The notes under the pieces: generated by a model
What the model was told of the DNA's origin: nothing
What the model saw: only the letters and a program-made list of their open reading frames with translations
The model's database searches: none
Made by a program: the position numbers and the translations under genes
In this document: one piece after another, positions 1 to 11,430 of the stretch
How positions within the stretch are numbered: position 1 is the stretch's first letter
Layout of the letters: every line of letters starts with the position of its first letter
Source: Octopus sinensis
Lineage: Eukaryota
Reading direction: 5' to 3'
Length of the DNA stretch: 64,000 nt
NCBI RefSeq assembly: GCF_006345805.1
Contig: NC_043004.1
Coordinates: 72,540,001 to 72,604,000, forward strand

Positions 1-39
1 GTATCTATGTAGACATGTAAGCTTGCTGCATTTATATGT

Positions 40-381
40 TGATGGATGGATGGATGGACGCATGTATGCAGGTAAGCTTGATGTATGTATGTATGTATGT
101 ATGTATGTATTATGAATGTGTATGCGTGTGTCATTTATTGAGTCACCACTATACAAATGGCAAACAATGCTAATTTCTTTGAGAGAGAAAGTTGTATGAA
201 ATATTTGGAGAAGAGGATTGTTGACTATTTTAGGACCAAAGCTTTGTTGTTTACTTCACTTGACTTAACATTTAGAACATACTTAAACAACCTGCCACTG
301 TCTTGTGTCTCGACTACTACAATGTATCAGAATATTAATGCAATGACAAGGACGTAGTACTACAATGTTGTGGTAAACAAC

Positions 382-417
<36 letters not shown>

Positions 418-636
418 TATCAGCTTTATATTATATATGCATATGCATAATATGTATATGATACATACATATTTATATGTGGGCGTATGTATTTATATAT
501 ATGTATGTATATATATAACTTTTTTTATATATAACTTTTTTTGATAAGGTTCAATTCAGGAACTGAAACATGTTATAATGTATATATAAAAATTAAAAAT
601 TGTATAATACAGCAGCATTTTCGAACTTCATTTTTT

Positions 637-695
<59 letters not shown>

Positions 696-750
696 ATATT
701 CATACATATATACATATAGACATACAGATAGATAGATAAGATAGATAGAT

Positions 751-846
<96 letters not shown>

Positions 847-860
847 GGATAGATAGATAT
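40..860. repeat. Microsatellite cluster: (GATG)/(TATG)n, (CAT)n, (TA)n, (GATA)n
   Basis: Read directly: (TATG)n ~85-110, (CAT)n ~384-418, (TA)n ~640-700, (GATA)n ~725-860. Confidence 0.95.
536..640 (+). ncRNA. Degenerate hammerhead-like motif (UUGAUAA core) in a Penelope terminal-repeat remnant
   Basis: TTGATAA(541-547)-GGTTC-loop-GAACT-GAAA-CATG-TT. The downstream sequence resembles 23258-23345 and the reverse complement of 6820-6921. Confidence 0.45.
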
Positions 861-1149
861 ATTACATGTGTGTGTCCGTGTAACTACAATAAGGGCTTAG
901 AAATAAATTTCCTAGCCATATGCTGAGAAAAAGACGCTAAATTGCCTCATCACTGAAAAAAGTCAGAAACACATGTTGAATTCGATGCAACAAGCCAACG
1001 GAAATTTTCGATAAGATAATTCTGCATTAGCTAAAATCTGGATCTGTCCAAATGCTCTCCCATCTTCAGCGGAAACATACTATAGATATAAATGAGATAT
1101 TTATTAATGCACATAGGAAAGCGAAACGCAAATCCATAAATACGCATAA

Positions 1150-3180
1150 ATTCCCCATTCTGCTGCCAGTTTGCGTAGACGCAGGCCAGCAAGTGTCCGA
1201 GCAAGTCCGGCATACTACGATAAAATTCATAGGGCAGACCATCCAGCCCCGGCGACTTGTTCCTGGCGCATTCATCCAGCACATCCCCGACCTCCGCAGC
1301 TGTAATCGACTCTTCACCACATTCGGGCTCCCGCGCCGAGAGTCGCGGCCCGCCGGCGAACAAGTCCTTTAGGGACACCCCACGGTCTAGCGCCCCGCTC
1401 GTCCCAAACCACCGGTCGAAATCTCTAATGATTAGTCCACGTCCACTGTGGAACGAGTACTTCACTCAGTCTATATTGGTCTACTAGGTTATAGCTTGCT
1501 AGTAGCTTTTTTTAGACCAGAACGTCCCCTTCTATCGGTCGAGCCAACACTATCCACCCCTGCTTCGAGAATAGTGTTAACGTCTCCTACTATATCTAGA
1601 GTTTTAGACGTCACCAGAAAGCTCTCCAGGTCTCGAAAAAAAAAACACCTTGTCTGCTCTCTTTCGGAGCGTAGACCGCTAACGACCTAAAGGACTGCTT
1701 ACTCGCTTGTCACATCTAAGACGACCAACCTAACTTCTCGGTCCAGAAAGACTGTACTTACCTGTATGTCCAAGCTTTTTCTGAACAACACCACCAGGCC
1801 CCCGTCGACTAGGAGAAATAAATTTCTCATAGCCATTTAGAAGAGACAAGAACCCCTGTGGCCCGTTCAACTTCCACTCAGTCGCAACACATATATCCGG
1901 TTCTAGTGAACTGAAGTCGTTCAGGAGACAAGTTTGCTTCCATTTCGATCTCAGGCCACGAACATTTATATTACCTAACTTAATTTCCATGGTAAAAATT
2001 AAAACAAAAACATACATGTTAAGTATGGGGAGGGGCTGCACGAATTCTCCAGCCTCCCCTTCCTTTTCTTTCCGAGGTTTAGCCGCTGGGCTAAGAACAA
2101 GTCTTTTGTTGGCCATCTCTTGGTTAACATCTTGTATGTCCTGCGGGTATCTCACTTTAGATTGTTTAAATATTTCTGCTACTATCCTTGCCAACCGTAT
2201 ATTCGGTGGCATATCATGTATCGGTCTGGCCTTGATTTGATTATTTTGTTTGAGGCTTGAACCACCATCTCGAGTGTTTGGCCTTTCCAGTTTAGAGCCT
2301 CTCCCTTTTTCATTTGCGGTATTGATATTTCTTCTGCGTCGTAAATTACGGCCGATGCAATGCAGGTTACATTGTAACCAGCTGGTTTTCTCCTCTATTG
2401 TTATTTTTGCAGTTCTCCGGCCTAGGTAGGTGGGAGCAACATTATCTCCTCATTTTTTAGCGTTTGAGTCGATATTTCTTCTGCTAATTCAGCGTTTTCA
2501 AATTGTGCCTCAATAATGGAGCTTATTGGTCCTCGACCGACATAGGTATAATTTTTCCCTACAGGGGGGGGGGGCACTTCTCTACAACTTCGTTCTTCAT
2601 TGACATTATTCTCTTTTCTTTACGGTTGTATATTTTGTATACTACCGTTCTGGCAGTTAAATCTTTCATCATGTACTGTGATGGAAGAAGTTTGGTTTCG
2701 TTGCCACTTTTCTTTATAAGGTAGCGAAACTTAAATAAATGTTCCTTAGAGAGCTCCAATTCACAGAAATTGCCACCAACCGCAGCAGAAAAACTTGGCT
2801 TTTCCTTTCCTTCCTGGTTACAAACTTGTTTACTTTCTTTCATGGCCGGGAAATCCTTCTCTCAGAACTGAAAATCGACATTCGACAACAAATTCAAATC
2901 CATTTTTACAAATGACCTCCGAATAACAGAAAAATTCTAAGTATTATTGTCAAAAACTCCTGCAACGGGTAAAAAAAAACACAAAAAGCAGTCCAACAAG
3001 TTATGTAGCAATTAATTTTCTGCCCCGTGGGGCGAAAAGTTTCCTTAAAACGACGACAACAGTTCGATTCCAACAAGCGCACAAACGTAACAATTTCAAC
3101 ATATAATCAACAACAAAAATACATTAACCTAAAAAACTCACTAAGCCAGAGCAGCCGAAAGCAGAAGGACTTCAGTCTGG
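1150..3180 (-). mobile_element. Tx1/L1-clade LINE, 5' portion, degraded and internally deleted
   Basis: ORF1-like 2559-2843. AP-endonuclease N-terminus (LGNINVRGLRS...ICVATE) in 1730-2212. RT domain-0 motif KSPGLDGLPYEFY in 1031-1465. Confidence 0.8.
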
Positions 3181-3289
3181 AGTAATTTCTTTATTATAAT
3201 AATATCTTTCACATGACGTTACAAATATATAGATGAGCTAAGTGAGTTTATCATTAGAACCTGAATGAATCCCAGATACAATTTAAATA

Positions 3290-4928
3290 CAATTTTCTCA
3301 TATATGCTTCGCGACATTTGTCTCTTCTCCTGCCCTGTCTTGCTCTTCAGGTGGTACCTGAAGTAGTATAGCAAGCCAGGGCCGGAGATGAAGGACCCTG
3401 TCCCTATTCCTTGCATTCTTGTTCTCCATGCACACTCTTTCATTACTGCAACCGTACGCAGAAAACATGCCTCACTTTCCTTTTATAGTCCGGTTTGCGG
3501 TACAGTCTTTATCACAGACTCAGCTGATAGCTGTATTCTTCCCTCGTGCGACAACACGTGTTCTACGTAAATTATCAAGCCCAAAAGCTGCAGGCACAGT
3601 ACAAGAGCGCGCAGGACAGTTTCTCTGTCCTGCCCGCACCTTGGGTATGCCGGTGGCATACCCAAGGGTATGCCTGGACAATTTACCGCGAACAGATAAC
3701 TCATCCCTGTGACACTACCAGGTCAGGGGTTTTTGGTAATTATCCAAATACCCCGACCTGAATATGTTTTGAAACAGTTTGGCTAGCTGGTTCTCATCGA
3801 ACCCCAAAGCCTCTTCTAGGACGCTATAGCTCTTATACTCTACCATCCCTTTATAAAATACAGAGGTGGTATTTCCGCTGCCGGCCTTGCCCGCACTGTG
3901 GATTAGCGCGAGTGCCTATCGGCACTCCTTTTACCATTCAGTTGTATTCTGTCTTTTTATCAAACCGGGTGTAGATTCCTCCAAGGGGGCCGGTCGTGGA
4001 AAGAATTCCCCTGAAAGCGAATTCCACACCTGGCCACCATCCAGGTAGAGCCAGAGCGGCCTTAGCCTCAGTGTATGTCTGCATGTCAATAGCCACGGCA
4101 GCCCTAACCTACACTTTAGCGGTTCTACGGATCGCCTCACAAGCGGTTTTCCCTTCCACAAGAAGCGGAAGAGAAGTCGCACCAACTTGCATAGCCACGA
4201 ATCGGGGCAAGGGACAACGGTCAGACGATGGGTGATAACAGACGCAATAAACAACTGCAACACCTCAGCCCTCTCTTTCAGAGACAGCGCACTTCCAGAC
4301 CAGGTTCGGACTAGGGCCTCCACCCTGCCTGCCACCTCACTCCAATTCTTCTCCGTCTGGGAGTCTGGACCAAACTCCAAGCTACTTAACAGGACCATCT
4401 GTTCAGTGCCCCACGACACTGGACGTTATCGGCTTGCTACTTCACGTGCTGTGCCGCAAACCGATGTACTTGTCCTTGTTAACTTTTGCCCCTGCAACTG
4501 CCTTGTATCCTTTGATTTCATCCTGATCACAAGGTAGCTGAGCTACATTGGACACGGTGATGGTGACGTCATCCGCATATGCAGAAACAGACTTACCACA
4601 TCCTATTTCATTGGGGATGCCCCCCAAATTCTCCAACCTCCGCATCAATGGCTCAAGATTCAATAGATACAGAAGCGGAGACAGGGAGGAACCCTTGCTG
4701 AACCTAGCGCTGAATCTCAAACCGTTCCGACAGGTAACTGTGGATTTGATGCCACCATAAATGGCCTTGATCCAACCGCGGAAGTCCGAGCCTAGCCTTG
4801 CCGTCTCAAGAACTGCCGCCAGGTACTGGTGGTCTACCCTATCGAAAGTTTTACTTTGGTCTAAATGGACCAATGCCCCACCTTTACCGGATAATTTACC
4901 CACCCTGTCTAAGGTGTAGCGTAAGAGA
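3290..4928 (-). mobile_element. Tx1/L1-clade LINE, 3' portion (RT core, thumb, zf-RVT), pseudogenised
   Basis: LDQSKTFDRVDH, GSSLSPLLY and YADDVT motifs in 4442-4927. Post-RT segment 3931-4419. zf-RVT-like PRCGQDRETVLRALVLC in 3483-3704. Confidence 0.85.
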
Positions 4929-6960
4929 TGAAGTTTAGGGATACCGTAGAATAAACTTGATTTGCACTTGAAGTTGGTAGTGTAGTCGTACTCCATGTCT
5001 GTGAGTCCTTCTCGGTATGAGTTGAATAATGTCCTGAGGTTATTCATTATTTTTGGTTGGGCCCCTTCGTAGTATGCCTCATATCCTAATAGGGATAGTA
5101 CTAAATTTTATAATCATTTCTGTTCATTAATACTACCGCGTTGCTCCCATCTACCAACTTGATTGTTATGGTTTTACCTTCTCTTAGTTTGATGAGGTCG
5201 TTCCATTCTCTTTTGTTGAAGTTTGGTCTGTATTTTTGCTTATTGGGGAGTTGAAAAGGGAAATTGGTTATGTGGTCACAAAAGCGTTCTAAGGCTTTAT
5301 TCTTTCCCTTGGTGGGGGTGTAGTCGCTGTTGTTTCTAGCTATTGATTCGTCATCTATTTGTTTGCCATGATATTCCTCGGCAAGTCTTAATTTCCTACA
5401 AAATTCCGAAATATCGTCTTTCGTTTCATAGTAATTTGGACGTTGTGGGGTTGGGATAAATATAAGTCCTTTGGATAGTATGCTTATTTCGTTAGGTGTA
5501 AGGTCTTTATTTGAGAGATTGATTATTTTAATTACCTGTGGTTTCTTTTGTTTGTCCGTTGCCATCGTGTATCCCTGTTCCTGTATGTTAGTCTACAAAA
5601 TGGTTGGTGTGGTTATGTTGAAAAACAATGTTTATCTGTCTCCTGTTGTAATTTTTAGAGTGGGTTTGTGGTGCTCTGTTTTGTAGTCTATTTTTGAACC
5701 GCGTGTTCCGTCTTAGTGTATCAGGTATATAGTGTTGGTAGTTGTTTCTTCTGTAGTGTTTTTGTTGTTTGTTAAGTTTGTATGGTTGGTTCCTAGAGTA
5801 GAGGTTTGGTAGTTGAGTTTTAGTTGGGTTATGTAGATTGTAGTTCATAGAACTGTGTGTTGCATCCCCATGGTTCTTGAAATGGTGTGATGGGTCACTG
5901 TAGGTGTTTTGGGGTTGATTTAGGTAGTGTGGGGTGCGTTTAAAATGTCTTTCTCTGATAGGCAATGTATTTAGATTTCTTGGTGGTTGTTCCGTTCTGT
6001 TGGCATGTGGTTTTGTTTTTCTTAATTTTATGAAGGGGTTGTTGGACATGTGTTCAGTTTTGAAGTTGGTTTCATAATCCAAGAACCATTTGGCGCTCTT
6101 TTCCCATCGTTGGAGGGACATTGGTTCCTATTTTTCTTAGTTTAAGTAATATTTCAGTATCGATACCGTCTGATAGTTTGTTGACTTCATTGATTTCTTC
6201 ATCCATGGGTTTTACTTTTTCTTCATTCGTCTTTGCTCTCAGTTTAAGTAGTTCAATTTCCATCTTCATTTTTTCTAATGACATTTTTTCTCTAAGTCTT
6301 CTTTGTGCTTCTGGTTCTTCCCGGATGGGTTTCATTTGTAATTTGCTGGGTATGATTTGGGGTGTTGAGTTCAGCCACTTTTGGTAAATCTCTGCTTTAT
6401 TCTGATCTTGTATTATTTTGCAAAATGCGAATTTTCTGTTTTGCTGCAGTTTTCTCCATTGTGGAAAGACTTGGTTTTATATTTGTAATCTTGAAGTTAT
6501 TGGGTTCTTCCCATGTGGTCCTTCGTTTTGTTGCCCTTGTTTTGTAAAGTTTGTAAAGAATGTCTTCATTGTATCGCATAGATTTCCAAGGTGCTCCTAC
6601 ATTTCAGAGGGTGTTTTCTTCGTCTCCGTTTCTTCATTATTTGAGTTGAGTTTGTTTAAGACTGTTATTAGGTCTGAGTTTTTGCTCTTCAGTTCTTTTA
6701 GCATCTCTTCATTTATAGAGAAGATGGTGTTTGTGTCTGTTTTAGTCGGCATTTTCAGAAGCTCGTACGTAATATGATATTTATAAAACAAGTGTAGGGG
6801 TATACGAGTGGGTATATATTTGTAAAAAAGAAGTTTGAAAACGCCACTATATAAGATAAATTTTAATTTTCTGAGAGATTTTACATGTTGCGGTCCTTCT
6901 TAAAAAAACCAGCCTTATCAAAAAAATATAATTTTAAAAGTTAAGTGTAATAAAAGAAAA
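4928..6960 (-). mobile_element. Penelope-like element, terminal repeat plus N-terminal half of the ORF, degraded
   Basis: IINLSNKDLT...LSKGLIFIPTP, NFNKREWNDL...ITIKLVDGSNAVVLMNRNDY and FYGIPKLH are typical Penelope pre-RT motifs. Upstream N-terminal ORF pieces lie at 5588-6791. Confidence 0.8.
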
Positions 6961-6999
6961 GTTCCTAATTATTTCTTACTAGTCTCAACAAAATCCACG

Positions 7000-7297
7000 T
7001 GGAAGCGTTTTATGTGTGGGAACATAATGGCTGTGTTGTGCGTTGTCTAGAAACGTTGGGTGTAATAGCAGCAGTAGTAGAGACCTTTGGTCGTAGTGGC
7101 TGTAGTAGTGACCGTGATGGTAGTGATGGTTGCAGTTGTAGCAGTAGTTCATAGGCTGTATTAGTAGTAGTAGCAGTAGTAGTAGTAGTGCAAATGACCG
7201 CTGGCTGTAATAGCAGCGGTAGCAGAGACCATAGGTCGTAGTAGTATAAGTGACCGTGGTGGTGGGGGGTGGAGTTGTAGCAGCAGTTCATTGGCTA

Positions 7298-7334
<37 letters not shown>

Positions 7335-7907
7335 CGAAGTGGAAGTGACTGTTGGCTGTAATAGCAACAGTTGCACAGACCGTTGATTGCAGTAGTAGTA
7401 GAGATCGTGGTGGTAGTGTTGTTTGGAGTTGTAGAATTTTTTTTTTCTTTTTGGATAACCAATATATGGTCTTAATGTCTCTGGCCCAGGGTGTTTAAAC
7501 TTGGTCCGAATTTTCTCATGAAATGGAGTTCTTTGTTATGACGTGAAGTGAAGGTTACGTTGTTTTTGAATTGGTAAAGTGGGAAAGTTGTGAATTTTTG
7601 ATTTTTCTTTGATGCACATCTGTCTATGTGGCCGCTGACAGGTATTTTCCTGTATTCGGGATTCCTAATTTGGGATTTATGTACTGCCATCCTGTTTCGT
7701 AGACTGTTTTTTATATGACCAATATATTGCCTATTGCAACCTGCGCATGTTATCACGTAAATTAACTTTTCCGATGCACAGATGAAGTTTATTCTGATGG
7801 AAAAATGATAGCCTTGTTCTAATGTGTATTCCGAACCTTCTGCTATCCCAAATTATGAATCCTGAATACAGGAACATACCTGTCAGCGGCCACATAGACA
7901 GATGTGC
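7000..7907 (-). mobile_element. Penelope-like element, 3' end (GIY-YIG endonuclease) plus (ACT)n-rich tail
   Basis: ORF 7472-7756 MITCAGCNRQYIG...LRNRMAVHKSQI...VSGHI...FMRKFGPSLN is GIY-YIG-like. A 63-bp inverted copy of 7614-7676 caps it at 7845-7907. Confidence 0.85.
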
Positions 7908-8658
7908 TGTCCCCTCTGTGTGAATGGCCGCAGTGGCAAAATAAAGACAGAGAGCGAGTCGGTGAGCTGTGTAAATCAGGGAGTTGCGTATTGTTGAGTG
8001 TAATTACAAGTATTGTGTATCTTGAGTAGAACGATTTGCCAGGAAGTTATTTATTACCCCGTTATATCGTACGGCGAACGTGCGATACAACAGTATACAA
8101 GTAAACTGGGAGTTCTGCAAAAGGGAAACGTAGAATAAGTAGTATGCTTTAAACACGAACGGGGTTCCATTTCATTGAGTAAAAAACACTTTAAACATGG
8201 TCCACAATAAGCTGGCAGGTGTCAGACTCGAACAACTGACAGAATAATATGCTATCCTCCTCCTTCTCATCATCATCATTGTAACGGTCGTCTATTCATA
8301 GTTGCATGGGTCGAAGAGAGTTCAGTGTCCAGATATTCTACACAGGGATGCCCATCCTGTCGAAACCATCGCCTACTTCGGAGAGAGACAAGGCTTCTTC
8401 ATGGTTGCACATGTTGATGGCGGCGGTAGAGTCGGGTGGAAGGTGGTGCGGAAATACAAAGGATGTCGGTAAGTCTGTAAGAAACTAATGAATATCTTAC
8501 ACAGAATTTGAATAAAAGTCGAAACTTTAATAACAAATACAAGGATTAAATACGTATATATGGCTTGAATACACGCACGTATGTATACATTTATACCAGA
8601 ATGTATGTATGTATGTATGTATGTATGTATGTATGTATGAATGTATATGTGTATGTCA

Positions 8659-8736
8659 GGTCACTTTCGGGTGCTAATTGTAACATGTAACCCAGTACAA
8701 CCTGTTGCATGGTCGGGTCGTCGGCGACTAAACCGG
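8659..8736 (+). ncRNA. HDV-like ribozyme candidate at the element 5' end (repeated at 9305-9382)
   Basis: Hand fold gives the P1-P2-P3-P1.1-P4-GACUAA-P2 order, with mismatches in P1, P2 and P3. Confidence 0.5.
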
Positions 8737-9186
8737 CAACTCCACCAAGTTTGCTTGGTGAGGCGGGGTGTTTATTGGACACTCTGCGGGATGAAAAACA
8801 AAACCCGTCAAAGGGCGGAGGAACTCTTGAGAGTCAACGACCATCCAATAAATGTCTTAAGGCTGTATCATGCGCGGGGACATAGAAATAATCGGACTGA
8901 ATACCGTTGGGAGTGAAGGACTTCTAGCCTTTGTTAGGGCATCCTTCTAGGCGAAGGTAACTCAGGTAACTGGGATAACTCCGATATAAAACCTCAGAGG
9001 TTACCGATAATGTTGACTTGTTCTTCTTTTCGGATTATGGCTGCTGTTGCTAAGTTAGTGGGATTGACTCAGTGCACAGCCTTTCCTCACTTTAAAAATA
9101 ATCTTCTTGCACAGGCATTGCACGATAACAACATTGATTAAGCTTCGTGCAATGGCCATATGCGATAACGAGGAGACAGCCACCAT
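8659..9186 (+). mobile_element. RTE-derived non-autonomous element (structured 5' UTR + RTE 3' tail), copy 1
   Basis: Contains the RTE-5'UTR-like motif agggcatccttctaggcgaaggtaactc. Its 3' end ttaagcttcgtgcaatggccata...gataacgag...cagcc+(TATG)n matches the RTE 3' end at 47500-47560. Confidence 0.7.
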
Positions 9187-9304
9187 GTATGTATGTATGT
9201 ATGTATGTATGTATGTATGTATGCATGTAGGTATGTATGTATGTATGTATGTATGTATGTATGTGTATGTATGTATGTATGTATGAATGTATATGTGTAT
9301 GTCA

Positions 9305-9832
9305 GGTCACTTTCGGGTGCTAATTGTAACATGTAACCCAGTACAACCTGTTGCATGGTCGGGTCGTCGGCGACTAAACCGGCAACTCCACCAAGTTTGC
9401 TTGGTGAGGCGGGGTGTTTATTGGACACTCTGCGGGATGAAAAACAAAACCCGTCAAAGGGCGGAGGAACTCTTGAGAGTCAACGACCATCCAATAAATG
9501 TCTTAAGGCTGTATCATGCGCGGGGACATAGAAATAATCGGACTGAATACCGTTGGGAGTGAAGGACTTCTAGCCTTTGTTAGGGCATCCTTCTAGGCGA
9601 AGGTAACTCAGGTAACTGGGATAACTCCGATATAAAACCTCAGAGGTTACCGATAATGTTGACTTGTTCTTCTTTTCGGATTATGGCTGCTGTTGCTAAG
9701 TTAGTGGGATTGACTCAGTGCACAGCCTTTCCTCACTTTAAAAATAATCTTCTTGCACAGGCATTGCACGATAACAACATTGATTAAGCTTCGTGCAATG
9801 GCCATATGCGATAACGAGGAGACAGCCACCAT
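9305..9832 (+). mobile_element. RTE-derived non-autonomous element, copy 2 (tandem, period 646 bp)
   Basis: Appears identical to 8659-9186 by eye; the ORF track gives identical peptides for both copies. Confidence 0.7.
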
Positions 9833-10049
9833 GTATGTATGTATGTATGTATGTATGTATGTATGTATGCATGTAGGTATGTATGTATGTATGTATGTAT
9901 GTATGTATGTATGTATGTATTATGTATGTGTGTATGTTATTATCCAGTTTTATATGTACAGTGTGAGCCGGATTCTAACCTAGATCCAATGTTCCTTCAT
10001 TGGAATTTCAACATCACAGGGTACATTTTCATGTATGTATGAGAATATT

Positions 10050-10560
10050 AGCCGTATTTGAAATTAGTACACCTGCAGATTTGTATATTTGGTTTTGTGT
10101 ATGTATTCTCATGCATATATTTAAATGATAAATTTCTGGAAACATTTAGATTTTAAGAGATCCAGAGGTGACCTCGATCTGTAGATTTCGAATCAGCATT
10201 TTCCCGTTTGGTTTAAGGAAGCCTAATTTCTTGGGATTAGACAGTGTGTTGCATATCCCAGTGCTCCAATAATTACAGATTACAAGTTCAAGTCTATACG
10301 TTAACTTATAATATAGGACGTGTGACTGTAGATTTCTCAAGACTTCAAGAATTCTTTTTATGATCTTTAGATTTACGTTAACATCCGCTGGTCAGCTCAT
10401 TTCCACAGCTGTACACAGATTGTCTTCTCTGAGTCAAATCTTCTCTGTCACGTCGATTATGTTCACATTTTATTGAGGGTTTCACTGGGACATTTCAAAA
10501 ATACTCGTTCTTATTAGCGGCTATAGCTTCTACTATCTTGTGGGTCCTCGTAATATATGT
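10050..10560 (-). mobile_element. Highly degraded RLE-type LINE C-terminus
   Basis: Frameshifted minus-strand remnants IKCEHNRRD...RNLQ...YYKL...VIIGALG resemble the RPD...IIGALG restriction-like endonuclease end seen at 48887-49702. Confidence 0.4.
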
Positions 10561-10849
10561 ATGTATTATGAATCACTGTGTGTGTGTGTGTCTTTAGCAA
10601 TATTATACATACATATGTGTGTATGTGTGCGTGAGTATGTTTGTGTGTGTACATAGATATATACATGTATTGGTATACAATATATATAGATATATAATGT
10701 CTACATACAGCTCTTTATATACACATACATACAGAGACACACACACATACACACACATATATATATGTAGGTCTCGGGTTGAGTCGGGGTTAACCACAGT
10801 AAATAAGGTACTCAATACATAGCAGAGTAAATTAATTTATTTTATAGAA

Positions 10850-11068
10850 GGAGCTTCTACAGGACTAGAACTGTTTCATTCAAAAGAAATCATCAGGAAG
10901 CTAGGTGACAAGAATAGTTTTGGCATTTATACATTTAGGCAGGTTTAAAGGGGTGGTGGTGGGGGACTTTTTGGGGTAGGCATGGCGCAAACTATCATTC
11001 TTCGGGGAGTGGTCAAAGGAATCAGTGATAAAGTAGATAAAAGAATAAATAAAAGAATACATAAAAGA

Positions 11069-11070
<2 letters not shown>
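10850..11070 (-). repeat. ~220-bp hammerhead-bearing repeat, left copy of an inverted pair
   Basis: Reverse complement of 15338-15560. Contains a type I hammerhead-like motif at 10852-10902. Confidence 0.75.
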
Positions 11071-11117
<47 letters not shown>

Positions 11118-11306
11118 CATATATACATATATATATACATATACATACACATACACACATACATCCATATACACATGTACATATGCACCCATATACATAC
11201 ATCTACGTACACACCCATACCCATACTCATACATACACACATATATGTCTACACACATATATATATAAAAAGGTGATATACACCCCCATACACACACGCT
11301 CACATA

Positions 11307-11367
<61 letters not shown>

Positions 11368-11430
11368 ACATACACACACCTATATATATATATATATATA
11401 TAATATATATATATATACATATATATATAT

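Noticed and set aside
7908-8092. Solo LTR (TGT...AATAAA...ACA)
   Set aside because: No target-site duplication and no second copy to support it.
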